Notes under the pieces: generated by a model | Databases searched by the model: none | The model's input: only the letters and a program-made list of their open reading frames with translations | Told to the model about the DNA's origin: nothing | Shown here: positions 41,647-52,102 of the stretch, piece after piece | How the letters are laid out: every line of letters begins with the position of its first letter | Numbering within the stretch: the first letter of the stretch is position 1 | NCBI GenBank assembly: GCA_964016885.1 | Contig: OZ024742.1 | Location: forward strand, 262,508,001 to 262,572,000 | Length of the DNA stretch: 64,000 nucleotides | Direction: 5' to 3' | DNA from: Eledone cirrhosa | Taxonomy: Eukaryota | Made by a program: the position numbers and the translations under genes

Positions 41647-41915
41647 TAGACAGATAGATAGATAGATAGATAGATATATTTCTTTATTAGCCACAGGGGC
41701 ACAAAAGAAGGGGACAAATACAAAGGGGGAAGTTTACATACAATAAAAACGTGTAAAATGTTATCACAGATGGAATTTAAAAGTTAGTCGATTTTCCCCA
41801 ATAGAGGGAGACAGTTTATATGGGTAACACATACCCCCGAAAAAAATGTGCAACCCTCATCTCCAGGAGTACGAAGAGCTTGTACTCCTTTCCTCTCCTC
41901 CTCCTTTTCCTCAAT

Positions 41916-44900
41916 CTACAGGCTGATATAGAGAGAAGGCCCATTCACTCGGGCCATTCTCGCCACTTTCACCCACCTTTCATAAAACTTGCTGGGGTAC
42001 AGCACCTCTCTCTCCATCCTGATTCTTCTTCCAAAGTGGTATTTGAAAAAAAGAATCAGTTGTTGGCCGGAGAGAAAGGTGTCTGACCTCAGCCCTTTCA
42101 ACCTTGTCCACCATACAACCTCTTTCGCCATAGCTATCACACAAAGGAAAACCGCCTCTCCTTCGTTTTTGAAGGAGGGTGGCGGTTTGATCATGACAAT
42201 GGACTCGGTGGTCAACTGGATTGGTCCCACCCGCGACAATAGTCGTTCTACATAGCCCCACAGGTCAGTGACGCCCGGGCAGTGTATGAATGCGTGCGCG
42301 ACGGTTTCTTCGTCTCGCACGCACCTCGGACAGATCTTTTTTGCAGGGTCCCTTCCCGGGCGCCCATGTCTGTAGAGCTTGTCTCGAACTGGTAGAGCTC
42401 CTCGGTAGCACTGCCAGGCCAGGGACTTTTGGAAGTTGTCCATCGGTCCCGGGCGGAAGGTCCTACCGAATAGACTGGCCAGTTCATCTTCCTCCACGCC
42501 TAGAGTTTCACCGAGCGCGTCGTCGCACTTGCTGCGGACCAACCCTCTATAGAATGACGAAGTGGAGTCTCCACTGATCGCCGGGTCCGCCTGCCAGAGG
42601 GCTGTGAGCGCCTGAGCACATTCGATGTGCCAGTCGCCCATTTTCCTCGGTCTCTGCTTGACCCAGGACTGCAGCTCGGTCAGTGAGACGAGTCGTGGGA
42701 AGGCTCGCCTCACGAACGGGGCCCACACCGGTTGTCCGGTGAGGAATACGTAGAGATGCCGCAGCCTGAGCGCGTGTTTGCGCATCGTCAACCACGGCAT
42801 CCCCAGCCCTCCGTTAGAAGGGTGTTGGCAGCAGATGGATCTTCTTACCAAAGGAGCCCGCCTCTTCCAAAGGAATCGGAAGAGGGCGCGCTCCATTTTG
42901 GCGAGCGTTTTGGCTGGACAAGGCACGACGGTCAAGCGGTAGTAGATGGCGGACGCTATAAAAGTGTTCGCCACCTCCGCTCGACCTTTCAAGGATAGTT
43001 TGCACTCGGCCCACTTCTGGGTGAGTGCAAACACCTTGGCCGTCACTTCGTTCCAGTTCTTCTCCACCTGGAGGTCCGGACCAAACCAGACTCCGAGCAG
43101 CTTTACCGGTCCTTCCGTCCAGCGTCCGACGACGCCATCGGAAGGCATCGGTCTGCCTCTCCACGATCCGAGTTGCAAACCGATGGACTTGTCCCGGTTC
43201 AGCTTCGCTCCTGTGAGACTTTCGTATTCCTTTATTAAGGTGCCGACTTTCTCGATTTGCGAGGCGCTCGACACCATTACTGTCACGTCGTCGGCGTAGG
43301 CCGACGCCGCTTTCCGCAGTCCCGGTTCCAGAGGGATGCCCTGCAATAGCTCCAGCTTCCGCAGTAGTGGCTCGAGAGTCAGTACGTACAGAAGGGAGGA
43401 GAGAGGGCATCCCTGTCGAATGGATCGCGTAATATGGAACGGCTCCGAGAGGTAACCGTTCACCTTGACCCTTGAGCAGATGTTGCTGTTGTGCATTGCA
43501 GCAATCCAGCCCCTGAACACGGGTCCGAAGCCTGCCGCCTCGAGCACCGCATCCAGGTAACGATGGTCAACCCTATCGAAAGCCTTAGACTGATCCAAGT
43601 TGATCAGGGCCCCACCGAAGCCGGGTTTACACCCTACCCTCTCTATGATGTATCGCATGAGGTGGAGGTTGTCGTGTATGGACCTGGTCGGGATCGCGCA
43701 TGTCTGCGCTTCTCCCACCAGGTTCTCGACGACAAGCGCCAGCCTCTTTGCCAACACCTTGGCCAAAATCTGTAACTCTGTGTTTAGCAGAGTTATGGGC
43801 CGGAAGTTGCCTATGTCATCCCCCTTATTCTCGTCCTTCCTGATTAGTGTGACCACGCCCCCGGTTACAGAACTGGGAATTCTCCCGTTCTGTTGCCAGT
43901 TGCAGTAGACCGCTTCCAGGAGACCGGAGAATAAGTCCGGCATTGCTACGTAAAATTCGTAGGGTAGACCGTCGAGACCTGGAGATTTGCGTTTGCCGCA
44001 TTGGCTCAGCGCGTCCCCTATCTCAGTGGCTGAAATCGGCTTTTCGCAGAACTTCGCCTCGCTGTCCGAGAGTCGCGGTAGGCCGTCGAGGTATGGACCG
44101 AAATCCATAGCCTCTCCCGGCGCGCCGCTCCCCCCGAACAGCCGAGCAAAGTGCCGCTGAAAAGCCGCACACATCTGCTTCGGCTCACGTATCACGCGTC
44201 CGTTTTGGTCCTTCAAAGACCGAATCGTGGACTTGTTGCCACTTTTTGCCTCCGTCACTCGGGCCCAGCTAACAGCTTTGGCTCCCTCGTTTCCCAGAGC
44301 ACGTATTTTGCTTCTGACAACGCAGCCCTCGTGCTTTGCGTCGAAGAACTGGTCCAAGGCCGTTCTCGTTGCTAGCACGCTGGCTACGTTGCCACTTCTA
44401 ATTGCCTCTTCTACTTTATCTACCAGTTCCTTCTCGGTTCTATTTCTATCTAACGCTAATTCTTTACTAAAAACTATCAAGTCTAATCTAACTGCCCTCT
44501 TGAGAGAGTACCACCATCTGTTGTTGACAATGGCCCCTGTCAAGTGCTGTTTAACTAAAGTGCTAATCCGTCTACTGTAGGCTTTGCTTGTCGGTAACGA
44601 CAAGTTCAGCTTCCAGTAGCCGGGTCCTTGTCTATGGGTTCTATCAAGGTTGGCCATGCAGGTCACTAGTTTGTGATCTGAATAGGCAACCATGAACATT
44701 TGTGGACAGCTTAACATGTCCCTATCCTTATTTATAACTAGAACCCTATCTAGGTACGATCTAGATGTTCCGCTACGATTACTCCACGTCCACAGTGGCG
44801 CAGTCGGGAAATCTAGTCGATATCTATCGGCCAGGTCAAATCGGTCGATTAACTGTTTGAGGCTGTTACACCCCCCTTTATCGGGACATGCTCCCACATA

Positions 44901-45353
44901 GTCCCAACGTGCATCTAGGATTCCATTCCAGTCCCCCACTAAAAGCAAGGAGCGGGACGTTCCCAGAAAAGTCTCTAGACGTTTGAAGAAGTCTGGCCGC
45001 GGTGTCCCGGATGGGGCATATGCGGCCACCAGCCTGAACGCTCCACCTTCACTACCGTCAACGTCTAGGACCACCAGTCGACCCTCCGGGTCCAGATGTA
45101 CCGTCTGTGTTACGAGGTCCAGGTGTTTCCGCAGCAAAACCGCAACCCCACGCCCACCTCCTGGCTGACAGAGAGATGCGTAGATCTCAAAGTCGTCGAA
45201 GATGGGGGTCAGTTGTCGCTCGCTGTGGATCCTGGACTCGCAAATGGCTACTACATCCATACTGTGCGACCTGAGGTCGTTTAAGTGTTTTCCCTGTTTC
45301 CAGGGCATCCCCAGGCCGCGTACATTCACACATCCAACTCTTATATTGGCCAT
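41916..45353 (-). CDS. LINE ORF2p, 1145 aa: APE endonuclease + reverse transcriptase + C-terminal zinc finger
   Basis: NVRGL, ICES, GDWN, YLDR, SDH; KSPGLDG, FRPITLLN, DQSKAFDRV, QGCPLS, YADD; CPRC..ETVAHAFIHC. Confidence 0.95.
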   Translation of the reverse strand: MANIRVGCVNVRGLGMPWKQGKHLNDLRSHSMDVVAICESRIHSERQLTPIFDDFEIYASLCQPGGGRGVAVLLRKHLDLVTQTVHLDPEGRLVVLDVDGSEGGAFRLVAAYAPSGTPRPDFFKRLETFLGTSRSLLLVGDWNGILDARWDYVGACPDKGGCNSLKQLIDRFDLADRYRLDFPTAPLWTWSNRSGTSRSYLDRVLVINKDRDMLSCPQMFMVAYSDHKLVTCMANLDRTHRQGPGYWKLNLSLPTSKAYSRRISTLVKQHLTGAIVNNRWWYSLKRAVRLDLIVFSKELALDRNRTEKELVDKVEEAIRSGNVASVLATRTALDQFFDAKHEGCVVRSKIRALGNEGAKAVSWARVTEAKSGNKSTIRSLKDQNGRVIREPKQMCAAFQRHFARLFGGSGAPGEAMDFGPYLDGLPRLSDSEAKFCEKPISATEIGDALSQCGKRKSPGLDGLPYEFYVAMPDLFSGLLEAVYCNWQQNGRIPSSVTGGVVTLIRKDENKGDDIGNFRPITLLNTELQILAKVLAKRLALVVENLVGEAQTCAIPTRSIHDNLHLMRYIIERVGCKPGFGGALINLDQSKAFDRVDHRYLDAVLEAAGFGPVFRGWIAAMHNSNICSRVKVNGYLSEPFHITRSIRQGCPLSSLLYVLTLEPLLRKLELLQGIPLEPGLRKAASAYADDVTVMVSSASQIEKVGTLIKEYESLTGAKLNRDKSIGLQLGSWRGRPMPSDGVVGRWTEGPVKLLGVWFGPDLQVEKNWNEVTAKVFALTQKWAECKLSLKGRAEVANTFIASAIYYRLTVVPCPAKTLAKMERALFRFLWKRRAPLVRRSICCQHPSNGGLGMPWLTMRKHALRLRHLYVFLTGQPVWAPFVRRAFPRLVSLTELQSWVKQRPRKMGDWHIECAQALTALWQADPAISGDSTSSFYRGLVRSKCDDALGETLGVEEDELASLFGRTFRPGPMDNFQKSLAWQCYRGALPVRDKLYRHGRPGRDPAKKICPRCVRDEETVAHAFIHCPGVTDLWGYVERLLSRVGPIQLTTESIVMIKPPPSFKNEGEAVFLCVIAMAKEVVWWTRLKGLRSDTFLSGQQLILFFKYHFGRRIRMEREVLYPSKFYERWVKVARMARVNGPSLYISL

Positions 45354-45393
45354 GTTGGTGCTGAAAAGTTAAAAGAAGAGGAAAAGAAATCAT

Positions 45394-47166
45394 TCACCTC
45401 TTCGTCTCCTGGGGACCAGGCTGCACAATTTCCATGGGGGGTTGGAGGAGTTGTTTGGTGTGGTGGTGGTCTCTGGCGGGGTGGGGACGGAGATGTTTGG
45501 TGGGAGGGGGTGTCAGGTGGGGTGGGGGTGGGGAAACATTTCAAAAGGACGCGGTTATAGGGTTTGATGCAGGGGTTACCTACGTCGTTAGGAAATTTTT
45601 CTTTTAACTGTTTATGTGTGTCCATGGAGGTCCTAATCATTTTAAGATTAGGATTCTCCGAAGAGTGTGTAAAAGTTTTCCCTTCGGTCTCCACCGAAGG
45701 GTTTTTATATATGGTGTCTGTTAAAGTTTTATTGTTAGTATTTATGTAGGTGTAACATTTTTGTTGTGTTGTGTTGCTTTTTGTCTGTGGTTCTTGTGTG
45801 TGTTTACGTTTTGTAGTAGGTGTTTTGTTTTCAGGAGGGGGTGTTTTTGTTTGTGCTGTTTGCGTCGCTTGTGTTGGTGTTTGTGTGTTTGTTGCATTTT
45901 TGTTTGTGTTACGTCTTTTCTTTTTTCTTTTTACTGGTCGGAAAGGCTCTCCCTCATCTTCACTGGGTGACGATGATTAGGCCTCATCCGTGTTGTTGGG
46001 GTGGGAAACATTTTGAGGAGCTGTTATGTGTGTGGGTGTTTCTGGAGTTGTTTTAGGTGGGGAGGGGTTGGACTGTGTTTGTTTTGTTGTCACTATTTTT
46101 TTATGTTGTTGTTGTTGTTGTTGTTGTGCTGGTGTTGCAGTGTTGGCACTAATGCCTATTTTTGGCTAGTTAGCCGAGGACAGGAAGCTCTCAGATGACC
46201 CCTGCTTAGGCAGTAGTAACATGAGGGCCGCCTACCCTCGACCGAAATGTTTATCTATATAAGCCCATCCAGCAGCACACGTTCCGGGATCCTAGCTATT
46301 CGTTCTGGTGTCATTTGGACCAGAATTTCCAGGCTAGTTCCGCTGAACAGGTCGCCGGAGGACTTACCTACCGATATTATTGAGTCTTTTTCGAGGTTTA
46401 AAAATCCACATAGTACCCACCAAATATCAATATTTGGTGTGATACTTTGGATTTTTATTTTCTGTGTTCTTTCCCCATGTAAGTGGGGAAAGAGGTGAAC
46501 AACGGTGACACAATTGGCGACACAAGAATATTTCTGTGCCGTCAGTTGGTCTTTCATCAGAATGGATAAACTCCCGTAGAGTCTACCCTTCTGAATGAAA
46601 GCAATGTCTTTTAAGGCATCTTCTAAAACCAACTCAATTTCGCCTTGTGAAAGTTGAGTCGGTTTTCGGGTTTTGTTTGAGACTGTCCTGAAAACTATAG
46701 TTTTCAAAGCAGCTTCTCTTCGCAAATCTGGGGGAGAGTTTATGGAGAATGATCCGTTCTCACCAAAAGTTATGTATTGTCTGGCGTTATTCAAAAGCTC
46801 ATTTGCATTTGAAATATCTACCGGGGTGTAGCTTACCGTTTTCTTTACGGTTTGCGCAAACGACATTTTGTCGTTTACTTCCTTTTTGCAGTTATTGGTC
46901 TTGTTGTTGATGTTGTTTTCGTTCATAGTATTGTTGTTGTTGTTGTCGCTGGTGTCACTGGTTGTGTTGTTTTTGTTCATTGTTTCACACTTTTGGTTTT
47001 GGTTTGTTGCCATGGCAACGTCAAGTTGTTGATCAGTAGGTGGAGAAAATCCTTCCTCTTACTGACCTTTGTCTTTGACATCTGCTACTATGACAGTGGT
47101 AGGGGGAAGCTGTAAGCATATCTTCCCCTTTCCTCCTTCGAATGTTGGTGAAGAAGCTTCAGCCAT
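45394..47166 (-). pseudogene. Copy C ORF1, frameshifted
   Basis: ORF 46255-47013 is homologous to copy A ORF1; knuckle CYYCLSRGHLRASC near 46180-46222; ends MEIVQPGPQETKR*; start position uncertain. Confidence 0.8.
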
Positions 47167-47402
47167 TTTTTTTTTAAATGTTAGTTTTTCAAAAAACAAT
47201 TTATGAACTATTTCGCCTAAAGGCGTAGAATATTTTGAGAGACTGACCAGATCAAAATTTGACCTGGCAATCCCTCTACAAATTGGTATAAAAATGAAGG
47301 TTCACAGTTAAGAGTTTCTATAGAAATTTAGGCAGAACTTACCCAGCAAGTTTCATGCGTGTGTCCATCCCAGAAATAGATAGATAGGTAGATAGATAGA
47401 CG

Positions 47403-47468
<66 letters not shown>

Positions 47469-47469
<1 letters not shown>

Positions 47470-48892
47470 TTCTTTATTTGACACAAGGGAGGTTTTACAT
47501 AAAAATCGGCGGGGGTTTTACATAAAAATCGTATAAACTTTAACATTAATAAATAACAATAAACTATATATTAAAAAATTAACAATCGAAATCCCCAATA
47601 AGGGGGGACGTTACTGAATGGTTGTTTTACACCCCGTAGATAGAACAATCCTCAACATCAGAAGCACGTTTTGTAAGTGTTCCCGTCTTCCCTCTGTTTG
47701 TCTTCCTCAACCTACAGGTTTATATACAGAGAAGGCCATTCACTTGGGCCATTTTCGCCATATTCACCCACCTTTCAGTGAATTTATTGGGGTGTAGCAC
47801 CTCTCATTCCACTCTCACCGTCCTTCTGAAGTGATACTTAAAGAAAGGGATACGTTGTTGTCCGGAGAGGAAGGTGTTTTCCCTCAGTCCTTTCAACCTC
47901 TTCCACCATATCACCTTTTTCTCATAGCCACCAGACAGAGGAAAACCGCCTCTCCTTCATTCTTAAATGAAGCCGGCGGGGGGATCCTCACAATGGACTC
48001 GGCTGACAACTGGATGCATCCCACATGTGGCAGTAGCTGTTTGACATAATTCCACAGGCAAGTCAATCATGGGCATTGAACAATTGTGTGAAGAACAGTT
48101 TCAATGTCCTGCTCGCATCTTGGACAGGTCCTTTTGGCAGAGACCTCTGGAAGTTATACATAGGCCCTGGATGGTAAGGCCTCCTGAACAGACCGGTTCG
48201 TCCTCTTAGATGCCTAGAGTCTCCCCGAGAACGTCGTTGCACTTATCCTCTACTAATCCCCTATAGAATGTCGACGTGGAGTCTCCGCGGATTGCCGTTT
48301 CCGCTTGGTAGAGAGCTGTGAGCGCCTGAACGCACTCTCAGGTGCCCATTTTCGGGGATTCGCTTGACCCAGGACCGCAGCTCTGTTAGCGAGACGAGTT
48401 GTGGAAAAGCTCATCTCACAAACGACAACCACACCGGTTCGCCGGTCAGGAATACCTGGAGATAGCGTAGCCTCAGCGCATGTTTGCGCATCATCGGCCA
48501 CGGCATGCCCAGCCATCCGCTAGAAGGGTATTGGCAGCAGATGGATCTCCTCACCAATGGAGCTTGTTTCTTCCAAAGGAACTTGAACAGTAGAAGTTCC
48601 ATTTTGGTGAGGTGATCGGGGACAAAGCACGACTGTCAAGCGGTAGTAGATAACGGACGCTATGTAAGTGTTCGCTACCTCCGCTCGACCTTCTAAGGAG
48701 AGTCTGCACTCAGCCCACTTCTGAGTGAGTGCAAACACCTTCGCTGAGACCTTGTTTCAGTTTTTGTCCACCTGGAGGTTTTGGATCAAACCAGACCCCA
48801 AGCAATTTCACCGGTCCTTCAGTCCAGCGTCCAACGACGCTGTCGGACGGCATGGGTTTGCCTCTCCATGAGCCGAGCTGCAAACCGACAGA
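47469..48892 (-). mobile_element. Tx1 copy D, 5'-truncated and decayed, head-to-tail with copy C
   Basis: ALTQKWAECRLSLEGRAEVANTYIAS, FLWKKQAPLVRRSICCQ; GATA-like flanks. Confidence 0.88.
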
Positions 48893-48949
48893 CTCGTTAG
48901 ATAGAAAGACAGACAGAGAGATAGAGAGATATATAGATAGGTATAACTA

Positions 48950-49410
48950 ACTCATCGAAGGCTAAGATCTTTGATACTTACATCCTACCAGTTGTACTAT
49001 ATGGTCTTGACTGTGTTAATTGGACGACAAGGTCACTTCAGAAGCTCTCTACATTCCAGAACCACATCATGAGACTTATGACTGGCAAGCGCCTCAGCGA
49101 CCGTATCTGTATCAGTGAGCTGCTCAACATTACCGAACTTAGAGCAATTACAACAATTGTCAAGTCAAGAGTATTCAAACTATACGGCCATATAAAAAGA
49201 TCAACTAGTGTTGTGAGTAGGTTATGCCTGGAAAGAAGGTTGGCTGGTCAGAGACGCAGAGGCCGGCAGCCAAAACGATGGCTTGACAATATGACAACTT
49301 ATGGACTGGACTTGATCTTTACTATTTAAACTCTTCTGCTGGTGATCGAACTTTGTGGAGAGAGATATCACATGTTGATGCGCAGTCTGCAACGTGCGGA
49401 GTTTAATGTC
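48950..49410 (+). mobile_element. RTE-like LINE 3' fragment
   Basis: KLYGHIKR..GQRRRGRQPKRWLDN C-terminal signature. Confidence 0.7.
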
Positions 49411-49644
49411 ACAAGAACTCATCGTAATTTAATGGACATATTGTTAAACAACATATGGAAGAAAATTTGTAAAATGAAATACGGCGACGGCCAGAGTAAA
49501 AAGAGGACACACGAGGATTCAAGCATAAATATATAGAATATTGTAAATAAGGAGTTATTAAATATTTTCTTACTATAAATGTAGAACTGATCCTGAATAC
49601 GCGCGCGCGCACACACACATACATACGCATATATATACACACAT

Positions 49645-50774
<1,130 letters not shown>

Positions 50775-51262
50775 TATGTGTGTGTGTTGTTAATTCTTGC
50801 TGTTGTTGCTATTGATGTTATCATTGTTGTTGCTGTTATTACTTTCTTTTATATCTTCTTACAGGTCAGATTGAAACGTATTATACACCCTCGCATTCAT
50901 ATTGAATATATAACCTCACCTTGTCATATCATAATCTGCATCACATATATGCACCACCAGCTATACAATAGTCTGTCTATATAAATTATACACACCGCAT
51001 ATATATTCCTCTCCCTCCCCCTCTCTCTCTCTCTCCTCTCTCTCTCTCTCCACAACACATACACACACACACACACATATATATATATTGTATATACATT
51101 GCCATGACCACCAACAACAACATTTGATCTCTCTATATATATATTTACATCACCACCTCTCTCTCACTATATATATATAATCACCCACCTTCTATAGCCG
51201 CCTCCACCACCGCCACCACCACCTAAACCTTAACAGACACCTTCAGCAAAGACACCTGGGAT

Positions 51263-51593
51263 ATGATGAATCGGAAGAAATTTACCTTGGATTCACTTGA
51301 GTCACCAGAAAATGCGATTCGCTTGAGATGGAACCTGCGTCCATCCAGCTTACTTGAGACCCTTTCAGAAACTGACCTACCGTTCATTGTCCAAGCAGAA
51401 AATGGCAGAAAATGGTCGCCGTACGCAGACAAGTCTTTTGATTGGACTCAACCTTTACTCTTGTATCGTCAAATATCTGGAGTGAAGGTTTATGCTCAAG
51501 TGATAGATCAGCAAAATGGAGTGAAAGAAGCCGCTGATGACCAGGTGAGCCTCAATGGCTCCCAACTCTTCGTGATTCCAATAGAATGCCAAG
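51263..51593 (+). CDS. Probable first coding exon of a CABIT-domain (GAREM/THEMIS/Serrano-like) host gene
   Basis: W..SLLETLSETDLPFIVQAENG..PLLLYR..VYAQ..GSQLFVIPIECQG recalls the GAREM CABIT N-terminus (compared from memory); ends AAG|GTAGGA, phase 1. Confidence 0.6.
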
Positions 51594-51598
51594 GTAGG

Positions 51599-51670
<72 letters not shown>

Positions 51671-51682
51671 GTTGTTGTTATT

Positions 51683-52074
51683 CCTTGAATCTCAGTCATT
51701 GATGTTGGTTAACTGGAAAGTCCGTTGGATTGAATATCAAGCCACTACCTGCAGCCTCAGATATTCAGGACGTATCGGAGGGTTCTTGCTGTTCCAAGCA
51801 AGCATGCCTTTTGAAGCGTTCCAAAAAGCGTGAAGGGGCCGATTTTCTTTAACCATCCCTGGAAACTTTTGGAGATAGTCCCCAGTGCGCCTATGACAAT
51901 CGGGATCACTTTGACTTCATGGCAGTTCCAAATCCTTTTCACCTCCCACTTTAGGTCCTGGTATCGGTTAATTTTCTCCCTCTCCTTCTCTTGCACTCTC
52001 GTGTCGAACGGGCAGGCCACATCCACAATCAGGCACGATCTTTTTTTTTTGTCCACAACCACCAGGTCAGGTCT
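51683..52074 (-). mobile_element. R4/Dong-clade 3' fragment (RLE) within (TAA)n
   Basis: [28 protein letters not shown]; near-identical to the 3' end of 55609-57600. Confidence 0.9.
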
Positions 52075-52102
52075 ATTATTATTATTATTATTATTATTAT
52101 TA

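Larger units (their letters stand above)
41679..47375 (-). mobile_element. Tx1-clade LINE copy C, apparently full length
   Basis: 5'UTR, ORF1, intact ORF2 and 3'UTR; (GATA)n on both sides. Confidence 0.95.

Noticed and set aside
42290-45168. Recurrent antisense ORFs within Tx1 copies
   Set aside because: Shadows of the GC-rich ORF2, repeated only because the copies are homologous
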